DNA of 64,000 nt. It comes from Polyangiaceae bacterium (GTDB lineage: Bacteria; Myxococcota_A; Polyangia; Polyangiales; Polyangiaceae). Under the pieces are notes generated by a model. The model ran no database searches. It saw only the letters and a list, made by a program, of their open reading frames with translations, and was not told the origin of the DNA. The stretch covers positions 16,760 to 80,759 of the forward strand of contig DASXHD010000111.1 of the NCBI GenBank assembly GCA_036488725.1, written 5' to 3'. The translations under genes and the position numbers were made by a program. Of the stretch, positions 1-11,100 are shown piece after piece; within the stretch, counting starts at the first letter, position 1, and each line of letters opens with the position of its first letter.

Positions 1-362
1 GCACGGCGCGCCGCGGACCGGAGGTGCTCGACCGCGGCGTCGAGATCGCCCGCCGCGAATGCGGCGCGCGCGGCGTCGTGATGGATCACGTCCGGCATCA
101 CGCGGAGCTCCACCGCGGACTCGGCAATCTCGCGCGCGTCGCGAAAACGGCGGAGCTCGAAGAGCGCGACGTAGAGCTGACGAAGGAGCATCGCGTGCGT
201 CGTCTTGTCGAGCGCACCGCGAGACGCGAGGCCCCGGCGCGCGAGCCGCGCGCGCGAAACTGCGTCTTTCGCGCCCATCGCGCGCGAGAGGAGCTCCTCC
301 GGTCCCGTTTTGGGGCTCGTTTTGGCCACCGCGTCGAGTGTAGCGTGCTAGACGAAGTCGCG

Positions 363-644
363 ATGCGCCGTTTCGTGATCGTCCTCTCCGCGCTCGCCGC
401 GCTGTCGTGCGGGCGCCGCGCGACCCAAGCCGACTGCGACGTGATTTTGGATCGCATGGTCGTCGTGAAGCTCAAAGAACGAAGCGTCACCGACCCCGAC
501 AGCGTGAAGAAGCTGCAGAACGAGCTCCGCAAAGACGCCGAGGCCGACATTCCCGGCTGCGTCGGCAAACGAATCACCGACTCGGCGATGAGCTGCATCA
601 AAAAAGCCGACACGCAGGAAGCCATCATCAAGTGTCTGCGCTGA
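363..644 (+). CDS. small secreted Cys-containing lipoprotein (hypothetical)
   Basis: ATG at 363 in frame of ORF 24..644. N-terminus MRRFVIVLSALAALSCG is a signal peptide with lipobox. 4 Cys. The R-rich upstream part of the ORF is rejected as a non-coding extension. Confidence 0.55.
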   Translation: MRRFVIVLSALAALSCGRRATQADCDVILDRMVVVKLKERSVTDPDSVKKLQNELRKDAEADIPGCVGKRITDSAMSCIKKADTQEAIIKCLR

Positions 645-928
645 AGCTCGCGGCGATCGCGATCGGCGCGCTCGCGATGGTCGGTTGCAAGAAGAAGGTG
701 ACGCCGACCGAGTGCGAGGCGATCGTCGATCGCTACGCGGAGCTCGTCGTGAAAGACAAGATGCCCGACGCGTCGGCCGAAACGATCGCGAGCGAGCGCG
801 CGCGCGAGAAGAGCGAAGCGCACGGCGACGACGTCTTCAAGAACTGCGCGTCGGAGATCGAGCCCGTCGATTACGACTGCGCGATGAAATCGACGACGCC
901 CGAGGCGCTCGAGAAATGTCTCGAGTGA
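632..928 (+). CDS. small secreted Cys-containing lipoprotein, tandem paralog of 363..644
   Basis: GTG at 632 in frame of ORF 407..928, giving (M)SALKLAAIAIGALAMVGCKKK lipoprotein signal. Shares motifs with the upstream gene (ECEAIVDRYAELVV vs DCDVILDRMVVV; C-terminal KCLE vs KCLR). Overlaps the upstream gene by 13 nt. Confidence 0.55.
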   Translation: MSALKLAAIAIGALAMVGCKKKVTPTECEAIVDRYAELVVKDKMPDASAETIASERAREKSEAHGDDVFKNCASEIEPVDYDCAMKSTTPEALEKCLE

Positions 929-929
929 G

Positions 930-1244
930 CTACTTCGTGTGCGCGGCGCGGCCGGTGTATTTCCACTGGCCGTCTTCGTGCTCCGGCTCCGGGTCGACGC
1001 CCCAGACGACGTCGCCACCGAGCTTGCAGGTTTGGTCCTCGAGCTCGCGCAAGCAGTCGGTCTTCGACGTCGGGCTTTGATCGTCGCAGTGCGACGAGAC
1101 CGGGCCGATGTTTTCGGTGTTCATGCTCGGCGCGTGCTGAAATACTTGTATTGTGCAACCCGTGGGCCGCGACGGCCATTTCGAGCTGCCGGAGCTGCCT
1201 CCGCACGCGACGAGGGCGACGGCGAAGAAGACGAGTTTTTTCAC
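930..1244 (-). CDS. Cys-rich small lipoprotein (hypothetical)
   Basis: Reverse-strand GTG at 1244 gives [21 protein letters not shown], a signal plus lipobox, followed by several Cys. The GTG overlaps the glyQ stop (GTGA), suggesting translational coupling. Confidence 0.5.
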   Translation of the reverse strand: MKKLVFFAVALVACGGSSGSSKWPSRPTGCTIQVFQHAPSMNTENIGPVSSHCDDQSPTSKTDCLRELEDQTCKLGGDVVWGVDPEPEHEDGQWKYTGRAAHTK

Positions 1245-2158
1245 GAGACCACCTCTGCGTGCGCCGACGCGCCGGGTTTGAGGAGCGGGAAGCCCATCGC
1301 TTTGCGCTGTTCGAGCCACGCGGTCGCGACGCCGCGCGCGAGGCCGCGGACGCGACCGATGAATCGCGCGCGCTCGGTGACGCCGATCGCGCCGCGCGCG
1401 TCGAGCACGTTGAACTGGTGCGCGGCCTTCGTCACGAAGTCATACGCGGGCAAGACGAGTCGCTTCATCGGATCTTCGGAGAGCGCGAGGAGCCGCTTGC
1501 ACTCTTTTTCGAAATGATCGAACGCGGCGAAGTGCGCTTGGACGTCGGCTTGCTCGAAGTTGTACGTGCTCCACTCCCACTCGGCGCGCTTGTAGATGTC
1601 GCCGTAACGGATGCCGGGCGCGTACATGACGTCGTACATCGTGTCGGCGTCTTGCAAGTACATCGCGATGCGCTCGACGCCGTAGGTGAGCTCGCCGCTC
1701 ACCGGTTTGCAGTCGAAGCCGCCGATTTGTTGGAAGTAGGTGAACTGCGAAATCTCGAGGCCGTCCATCCAAACTTGCCAGCCGAGGCCCCACGCGCCGA
1801 GCGTCGGCGACTCCCAATCGTCTTCGAGAAAACGGAGATCGTGCTCTTCGGCGTTGGTGCCGAGGGCGCGCAGCGACTCGACGTACTGGTCTTGAATGTC
1901 GATGGGTGACGGCTTCAAGATGACTTGGAACTGGTGGTACTGCTGCGAGCGGTTCGGGTTCTCGCCGTAGCGGCCGTCGGTCGGGCGGCGCGAGGGCTCG
2001 ACGTACGCGACGTTCCACGGCTCGGGGCCGAGCGTGCGGAGGAACGTGGCCGGGTTGAACGTGCCCGCGCCGACCTCGGAGTTGTACGGCTGAAGAACGA
2101 GGCAGCCGCGTTTCGCCCAGAAAGCTTGGAGCGCGAGAAGGATGTCTTGGAAGTACAT
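1241..2158 (-). CDS. glyQ: glycine--tRNA ligase alpha subunit
   Basis: 305-aa ORF with near-complete motif identity to GlyQ (LQ.FWA..GC...[72 protein letters not shown]). Confidence 0.95.
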   Translation of the reverse strand: MYFQDILLALQAFWAKRGCLVLQPYNSEVGAGTFNPATFLRTLGPEPWNVAYVEPSRRPTDGRYGENPNRSQQYHQFQVILKPSPIDIQDQYVESLRALGTNAEEHDLRFLEDDWESPTLGAWGLGWQVWMDGLEISQFTYFQQIGGFDCKPVSGELTYGVERIAMYLQDADTMYDVMYAPGIRYGDIYKRAEWEWSTYNFEQADVQAHFAAFDHFEKECKRLLALSEDPMKRLVLPAYDFVTKAAHQFNVLDARGAIGVTERARFIGRVRGLARGVATAWLEQRKAMGFPLLKPGASAHAEVVS

Positions 2159-2180
2159 CGCGAGAGTGTCGCTATAGCAC

Positions 2181-5100
2181 TCAGGTCCCGAGCTGCGCGA
2201 GGAGCTCGCGGGCGTGCTCGAGCGTGCCGTCTTCGTCGACGGCGCGTTTGAGGAGCATCACGGCTTTTTTGTTGTCGCCTTGGTGCATCGCGATTTCTCC
2301 GAGGCGTTCGTAGGCGACGCCCTTCGAGATCGGCGCGGGCGTGCGGATCATCGTGATCGCGCGGAGCGCGCGCGTCGCGGCCTCGAGCTCGCCCTCGGCA
2401 AGGGCCACGTACGCGAGCTCGGACGCGACGACGCCGCTTTGACCGTCCATGTCGAGGCCGCTCGACAGCATTTGGAGCGCGGCCTTCGGGTTGCCGAGCG
2501 CGTTTTCGAGACGACCGAGTCGCAAGAAGATCGGCGCGAGATCGCGCGAGCGGCGACCCTTGTGCGCCGTAACGACGGCTTGGAGAATTTCGCGCGCTTC
2601 GTCGAAACGCTCCGAGCCGATGAGCGCGTCGGCGAGGAGGCCGGTGCACTCGGCGTCAGCGGGCTTGATCGCGCGCGCTTCTTCGAGCGCGGCGACGGCG
2701 GCCGTCGGATCGTGCTCGAGCAGCGCGGTTCCGGCGGCGACGAGCATGTCGAAGCGTCGCGCGGGATCGCTCGCGGCGCGCGCTTCGGCGAGACGAAGCT
2801 CGGCGAGCTCGCGGTTCGCGCCGATCGCCGCGTAGACCGCCGACAATTTTTCGAGCACGCGCTCGTCGCTCGGCGCAGCCGCGTGCGCCTTCTCGAGGCC
2901 CGCGCGCGCGAAGCCCGGGTTTTGCGCGTTCGTCGACGCGTCCGCGAGCCTGAGCGCCATCTCGACGAGGCGATCGCCTTCTTCGAGCTCGAGCAAGCGC
3001 GCGTACGTGTCGGCCGCGGTGTCGAAGCGGCCGGCGGTCTCTTCGAGTCCCGCCATCGCCGCGAGCGTGTCCTTGTCGGAGTCGTCGTGCGAGAGAAGAA
3101 TTTCGAGCTGCGCGTGCGCTTCATCGGCGCGACCGGCCGCCGAGTGGATCTCGGCGATGCGACGGCGAAGCGGTTTTTGTGCGGGTCGCTCCGCGGCGTC
3201 GGCCGCGCGAACGAGGACCTCGAGCAAGAGCGGCGCACCCGCGGCCGCGTCGGAGGAGGCGACGCGCTCCGCGTCGGCGATGGCCTCGTCGTGCCGGCCG
3301 AGCGCACCGTGCACGCGCGCGCGCGCCGCGAGGACGATCGGATCCGGCCGCGTCTCGAGGAGCGCGCCGAGCTCTTCGGCCGCGCCTTCGTCGCCGAGCT
3401 GCTCGAGCGCCGTCGCGAGCGACGCGAGGACGTCGTGATCGTTCGGAGCGACCGCGTGCGCCGCGCGCATCGCGCGGGCGACGGCCACGGTGTCGCCGAG
3501 CTCGCGGTGGAGCGCTGCCGCGCCGACGAGCTCCTTCTTCGCCGCTTCGCCGCCGAGCGCGCGCGCCGCCGTTTCTTTCAGCGCGGCGAGCTTGCGGCGG
3601 TCGCCGCGATCTTCGTAGAGCGCGACGAGCCTGCTGCGAATCGCGTCGCTCGACGGGCACGCGGCGAGGCCCGCTTCGAGCGCGCGCTCGACGCCCGCGT
3701 CGTCCCATTGCTCGGCGCGCAAGCCCGCGAGCTCGAGCGCGAGATCCGCCGCGGCGTCGCCGTGCTCGGTTTCGAGGAGACGCTCCATCACGTCGGCGCG
3801 ATCCGCGACGTCGCCGCCGGTCGCGGTGAGAAGCCGTTTCATCGCGAGGAGAAGCCCGCGGTTCTTCGCCTCCCAATCGAGGCCGGCGAGATAGAGCGTG
3901 CGCGCGCGCGCTGGGTCCTCCGCTTCGACGAGCGAGCCGAGACGCAGCGAGAGGACCGCGACGCCGGCTGCGTCCTCGCGATCTTTTGCGGCATCGATTT
4001 GGCGTTCGAGGAGCGACGAGAGCTCGCCGGTCTCGCCGCGCGATTCGAGGAGCTCGGCGAGGAGCGCGACGGCCTGCGCGTCGAACGGGTCCTCTTCGAG
4101 GAGCGTGCGGAGCTCGGCGAGGATCTCGTCGACACGCTCGGGCTCGGCCGCGAGGAGACGCGCACGTTCGAGACGAAGCGCTCGTCGCTCGGCTTCGGCC
4201 TCGACCGACGGCAACAGGAGCTCGACGATCTCGAGCAGCGCGGCGGCGTCGCCGGTCGTGCGGAGGAGCTCGAGCAGCGCGCCGCGTGCGGAGACGTCGC
4301 TCGGATTCGCGAGCGCGATCTCGCGACGCGCGCGGAGCTCGTGCGTCACGTCGCCGGCTTGACGCGCGCGCAGCGCGACGCCCTCGCGAATGCGGCGCGC
4401 TTCGTCGGCGCTCGAATGGGCGCCGGCGTCGAGCTCGAGTCCGAGCGCTTCACTCGCCTCGCCGCGCGCGGCGACGAGCGCCGAGAGCTCGAGGAGCGCG
4501 CGACCGAGGATCGCGCCGTTGCCTTCTGCGCGCGCGACCACGCGCCGCAAGAGTGACTCCGCTCGCGCGGCGTCGCCCGACTGAATCGCAGCGCTCGACG
4601 CTTCTCGCAGCACCTCGACGGTCGCGTCCTCGCGATCGGCTTGAAGCATGATCGCGCGCGCCGCGAGATCCGCGCGGCCCGTCGCGCGCGCCGCGCGAAC
4701 GAAGACGTCGAGCATCGCGGAGCTCGTGGCGCCGCGTGTGATGGCCGCGTCGGCGATCGTCGCGGCGCGCTCGGGATCTGCCGCGAAATCGAGCGCGGTC
4801 GCGAGCGCGCGCGCCGCATCGTCGGCCGACTCGGGCCGACGCGCGCGAAGCTCGGCGAGGCGATAGAGAACGTCGGCCGCGCCGCGCGGATCGCGCGACG
4901 TGCTCTCGACCTCGAGCGCGGAGAGCTCCGCGAGGACGGCTTCTTGTTTCGCGTCGTCGCCGAGGCCCGCGTATGCGCGGTCGAGCGCGCGCAGCACTTC
5001 GCCGCGTGCGGCGCCCGTCTCGTTGGCGCGCTCGAGGAGCGCCACCGCGCGAGACGCGCCGCCGTCGACGCGCGACAGCGCTTCGGCAGCGCGCAGCATG

Positions 5101-8100
5101 AGCGAGCAAGCGGCGCGCGCGTCCCCCGCGCCGGCTGCACGATCCGCGAGGCCCGCGATCGCGTCGATGTACGACTCCGGTTTGCCGGTCTTGGTCGCGA
5201 GGGCCATCGCCGCTTCGTGCGCGGGCGCCGAACCCGGCGTCTCGGCGATCGCCTCGAGCTGCGCGCGGAGAGCCGCCGCCATGTCGCCGAGCGCTTCGTG
5301 CGCGCGCGCGAGCTCGCCGAGCACCTCCGCGCGCGCGGTCGCATCCGACGCGCGCGCGAGACGCGCACCGAGCGAGCGCAAGAGGCCGGCGGTGTTTCCC
5401 CGCGTGCGGAGGGCTTTTTCGAGGCGACGCGCTTCGGCGTCGGACGTCGCAGCGGTTTCGAACGCCGACTCGAGGATCTCGCTCGCGCGCTCGCTTTCGC
5501 CGCGCCGCTCGGCCAGCGCGCTGAGCTCGACGAGCACCTCGCTGCGAAGCACCGGCGCGTCGTCGTCCGCGCGGCGAAGCACCGCGAGGAGCGCGCGATA
5601 CGAACGCTCGGCCTTGTCGAGCTGTCCGTCGTCGCGCGCGAGCTCGGCGACCATGCGCAAAATCTCGGGGTTCGCCGGGTCGATGCGCGTCGCGGCCTCG
5701 AGCTCGGCGAGCGCTTGCGCGCGCTCCCCGATGCGGAGGTGCAGCCGCGCGAGATGGAAGTGCACGGTCGCGCGCTCTTTCGGCCGCCGGCCGGCGAACG
5801 AGTCGATCATGTCGCGCAGGAGCGCGCGCGCGTCGTCGGGACGCTTGGCGTCCTGGAGCGCTTCGGCGAGCCGCAGCTTGAGCGGGCGATCGTCGGGCGC
5901 GAGCGCGCACGCTTGCTCGAGCAGCGGCACGGCTTGCTCGGCCTCGGCGCACTTCGTGAGAAAAATCTCCGCGGCCTCGACGAGCAGCGCGCGCCGCTCG
6001 TCGTTCGACTTGGCCTCGGCCGACTGGCGCGCGACGAGCTGAGCGAGCGGCGCCCACTTCTCCGTGCGCCGGTAAATCGCCGCGAGGCGCGAGGCGACCT
6101 CCGGCGGAGAGTCGGCGGCGCCGAGCGCGGCTTCGAGACGCTCCTGCGCGTCGGCGTCGCGCGCCGCGCTGACGTACGCATCGGCGAGACGCACGATGAC
6201 GCGCGCGCGCTGCTCGGGGAACTCGCGCACGAGCCGGTCGAGATGCGAAGCGGCGTCGACCCAATCTTTTTGTTGCTCGTGAATGCGCGCGATGGCGTCG
6301 AGCAGCGGCGCGCGAAGCTCGAGCGCGAGGCTTCGCTTGTAATGCGCGAGCGCCATCGCGAGGTGACCGAGCTTCTCTTCGGCGATGCTCGCGGCGCGCG
6401 CCCAGAGCTCGACGGCCGAGAGCGCGTCGCCTTCTTGCTCGGCGAGCGCGGCCTGCTCGGCGCAGAAACCGGCGAGCTCGTCCCAGCGGCCCGCGCCCTC
6501 GAGCGTCTCGGAGAGGACGAGCGTCGTTCGCGGATGGCGCGGCGCGTCCACCAAGTTCGCGCGCAAGAGCGTCGTCGCTTCGTCGACCCGTCCGAGCTCG
6601 CGTTCGAGGAGAGCGGCGTCGAGCCTGTGAGCGACGCGGTCGTCGGCGCGCTCGGCGACCTCTATCTGCTTGCGGCGAAGCGCGAGGAGATCCTCTTTTC
6701 GTCCGAGCGCCGCGTAGACCTCGCCGAGCCGGCGCGCGGCCTCGTCGTCGCGCGCGTCTTCTTCGAAAAGGCTCGCGTAGAGACGAAGCGCCGCCTGCAT
6801 GTCGCCGACGCGATCGAGCGCGGTTTTGCCCGCTTCGTGCAAGAGCTCGCGCGATCGCTGGCGCGAGAACGGCAAGCGCGCCGAGCTCTCGAGGAGCTCC
6901 ACGATGCGCTCGGCATCGCCTTCTTCGTTGTGGACGCGCAGCAGCTCGGCGAGCGACCACTCGACGTGCTCGCTCGGGTGAACCGACGAACCGACCGAAG
7001 GCGGCGCGTCGTCGAGCGCTTGTGTCGTGCTCGGCGGATGCTCGTCGCCCGCGTTCCATCGCTCGGCCGCGAGCTTCAAGAGACGATCGAGGATCGTCTT
7101 GGCGAGCCCGCGATCGACGACGACGCGCGCTGCGACCTCGGCGGCCTCGCGCAGCAAGTCGGGATCGCCGCCCGTCGCCTGCGACAAGCGCAGCAAGCTG
7201 TCGATGAGCGGACGCCCGCGATGCCGACGCTGGAGCTGCGCGAGCTGCGCGAGCAAACGCGTGTCGGTCGCGTCGTGCGCGAGCGCACGCCCGTACGCGG
7301 TCTCCGCCGCCTCGGCGTCTGCGCGCCTGTCGCGATGCCACGCGGCGAGACGCGCCTCGAGATCGCGCAGCGCCTCCTTGGCCAAGTCGGTGCGCTGACC
7401 GATCGCCGCTTCGAACGCCGCCGTCAGTGCGTCCCACCCTGCGTGCGCCGACGCGGCCTCCTCGAGCGCTTGCATCAAGCCGTCGTCATGACCGCCCGCG
7501 AGCGCCGCACGATCGAGCACGATCTTCGTCGCTGCATCCCAACGCCCGACGCGCGCTGCGACGCGAATCACGGCGAGCGCGGCGGCTTCGTTCGTCGGGT
7601 CGTCGTTCGCGACGCGTGTATGTTGCACGAGCGCGCCGCGCGGATCGTCGAGCCTCGTCTCGAGGAGCGAGCCGAGCGTCGTCCGCAAGCGAATCACGTC
7701 GGCGTCACCCGCGGGGCGAGAGCCTTCGAGCGCTTCGAGCACGACACGATGCGCATCGGCGAGCGCGCGATACGCGTCCGGCGCGCCGGACATCGCCGCG
7801 ACGCCCGCGCGACGCTCGGCGATCGCAGCGACCTCGGACGCTCCTTGCGCCGTCGTGAACGCTTCGCGCGTCGCATGGAACGCTGCCTCCGCGTCGCCCG
7901 CGCGATTTTCGAAGAGGTCGGCGGTCTCGAGCAGGCTCGCGACGCGCTCGGCGTCGTCCGTCGCGAGGCGGAGCCGCTGCGGCAAGAGCGCGACGGTCGC
8001 TGACCAAGAGTCAGTCGCCGCGTGGTCCGCCAAGAGGACGTCGAGCGCGCCGCGCGCCGCCGCCGTGACGTCGAGCAGCGCCGTCAGACCTTGGGCCGCG

Positions 8101-11100
8101 CGCGCATCGCCCGGTTTGGCCTCGAGGCTCTTCGCATAGCTCGCGATCGCCGCGTCGTGCGCGTGGAGCATCGCGCGTTGCACGTCGCCGAGTCGAACGA
8201 GCAAACCGGCCTTCGTCTCCGCGTCGTCGTGGCGCACGGCGGAGCGCTCGAGGAGCTCGGCGAGCTCGGTCCAACGCGCGCGCGCCTCGTAGAGCTCCGC
8301 GAGCGCCGTGTCGACGTCGTCGGCCTCGCCGCTCGCTTTGCGCACCGACTCCCAAACGTCGATCGCTTCGTCGGCCGCGTCGAGATCGCCCGACAAAATG
8401 CGAGCCGCGCGCACTCGGTCCTCACGGGCGGGCTCGGCCTCGCGCGCGCGCGCGCGAACGAGCAGAGACTCGACGAGCGGACGCAAGCGACCCGAAGACG
8501 CGAGCACGTCGACGAGACCGTCGAGCGCTTCGACGTCGGACTCGTCGTCACGGAGGCGCGCCTCCCAGGCGGCGACGCATCGATCCGCTTCACCGATCTC
8601 GCCCGCGAGTCGTGCGGCGGCGCCGAGCGCTTCGCGTCGCGCGGCGGGTTCGTCTTCGAGCGTCGCGAGGCGCTCGAGCACGGACAAACGATCCGCGCGC
8701 CGGTCGGTCTTCGCGAGGAGCCCGTCGAGCCTGCGCGCTGCGGCGAGCATCGACGCGGCCGGCACGTCGAGCGTGAGCACGCGCCCGAGCAAGTCGACCG
8801 CGCGCCCGACGTCGCCGAGCCGCTCGGCGTAGACCGTCGCGGCGCCTTCGAGCAGCGTCGCGCGGAGCTCTTCGCTCTCGCAATCGTCGGCGGCGGCCGC
8901 GAGCACTTCGCCGAGCCGATCGAATCGCCCGGTTTTGTCGGCGAGCCGCGCGAGGCGCTCGCGATGCACGTTCGCGTCGGGGTCGAGCATCACGAGCGAC
9001 ACGGCGTGCTCGAGCGCGGCCGCGTCGTTGCCGAGACGCTCGTGGAGCGCGGCGACCTCGCCGTGGCGGCGGATGCGATCCTTCGCGTTCTTGACCGCCT
9101 CGAGCTCGATCTCGAGCATGCGCGCGAGGTCGGCGTCGCGGTCCATCTCGGCGTAACGCTCGCGGAGGAGCGACGCCGCGCGCTGCCGAACGAGCACGCG
9201 CTTGCTGCGACCCTTGCCGCCCGGCGGCGGCACCGACGCGCGCGGCGGCACCGAGGCGCGCGGCGGCGGAACGCTCTCGTGCGCAGCCGCGACGTGCTCG
9301 CTCACCGGCGACGACGTCGGCGGGAGCGTCTTCTTCATCTCCTCGCCCGTGGGCGCGGCCGCGAGGACGCGCTCGAGCAGCGCGATCACCTCGTCGCCGG
9401 TCTCGCCCTCGTGCATCATCTCTTCGACGACGAGCAGCGCCGAGCCCGCGTCGCCGAGCTCGTCGAGCCAGAGGGTCGCCATGCGAACGCGCAGCGCGTG
9501 CGCCTCTTTCGGCTCTTTTCCGCCGATTTGCGCGCCAAGGAGGCCGATGAGCTCGCGATGTTTTCCGTAGCGCTCGTAGAGGCGCTCGAGCGAAGCGAGC
9601 AGTCGCTCGTTCTTTGGTTTGAACTGCAACAACTGCTCGAGATACGCGATCGCACGCCCGGAGTTCTTGGCGAAGTCTTTCGCGATCTGCGCGGCGTCTT
9701 CGAGGAGCTCGGTGCGACGCGACTCGTCGAGGTCGCCGCCGAGGAGCCGATCGTAGAGCGCGAAGAGATCGTCCCAGCGCTCTTGCGAGTCGTAGAGCAG
9801 CTTGAGCCGGTCGAACGCCCAGCCCGCCGGATCGAGATCCACCATCCGCTCGAGGATGCGAACGACGGCCGCCGCGTCGTCGAACCACTCCTCGTGAAAC
9901 GATACGGCGCGTTGACCGAGCTCGAGCGCGTCCTCGACCGCGATCGGCCGCGTGATGACGCCGTGGTACAAATCGGAGAGCTCTTGCGGTCGATCGAGCG
10001 CGCGCGCGAGCTGCTCGGCGCGATCCCACCAGACGAATTCGGTCGGAAGCTCGGCGAGCGCGCGAAGGAGCACGCCGTACGATTCGTCTTGCGACGACGC
10101 GGTCTCGAGGAGCTGCGCGTGCCACGCGCGACGTCGCTCGATCGGGGCGTCGGTCGCGCCGGAAACGAGCGCGGCGAGGACGCGTTTCTTGCCAGCCGCG
10201 TCGGTGCTCGCGAGCGACGACTCGAGGAGACGCGACGCATCCGCGCCGACCTCGGCGTGCGGCAAGAGCTTCACGAGCATGCGGAGCGCCGCTTCGTCGT
10301 CGGCGCGTCGTTCGAGCGCCGCACGCAGCTCCTTCATCGCCTCGGCCTCGCGCCCGGGGATCGACGAGAGGAGCGACGTGATCTCCGCGCGGAGCTTCGC
10401 CGCGCTCTCTTCGTTCGCAGCTTCCACGCGCGCGCGGAGCGTCGCCAGCGCGCCGTCGACGTCGCCGGCCGCGACCATCAAACGCGCGATTTCGACTGGC
10501 GGCGCGTCGTCGGACGGATCCGCCTCCGCCGCCTGCTTCCACAGGTCGATCGCGCGCGACGCGTCGCCGAGCTTTTCTTCTTCGACGCGCGCGAACCGCG
10601 AGAGCGCCGCCGCACGGCCCGCGCCAGTCTCGCGCGACGCGCGCCACGCGAGGAGCCACCGCCACGCCTCGGCTTCGCGCTCCGCGTCCGACTTCGCGAG
10701 CAGCGCCTCGAGCGCGTCGGCCACGCGAGTCTTGGTCGCGTCGTCGGCGAACGGATCTTCGAGCACCCCGCGGAACGTCTCGCGCGCCTCGCTCGGGTTC
10801 GCTCCGGTCGCCGCGAGCACCTCGGCCTTCGCCGCGACGAGCCGCGCGCGGAGCGTCGGGTCGCTGCCCGCGTCGCCGCCGAGCGCGTTGTCGACCGTGC
10901 GCGTGAAAGAGGGCACCGCGCCCGCCGCGATCGCGAGCTCTCCGAGCCGCGCGAGCGCGACCGCGTCCGACGGAAGCTCGAGGAACGCGCGCGCGACCGC
11001 GTCGAACGCGCCCGGCGCGTCCTCGAGCCGTTTTTCGAGCACGTCGGCGAGCTTGAGGAGCGCGTCCTTGCGCTCGCTCGGCGTCCCGGCCGACTCGACG

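Noticed and set aside
1241-2158. Absence of glyS as evidence of a gene loss or novel GlyRS
   Set aside because: glyS may simply lie elsewhere in the genome. This cannot be judged from one window, so it is noted only as an observation.
4450-7437. 995-aa minus-strand ORF and several 300-1100-aa plus-strand ORFs (2214..4556, 4641..8003, 12120..14360)
   Set aside because: Alternative frames of the giant TPR gene. Uniformly R/A/G-rich and lacking any motif.
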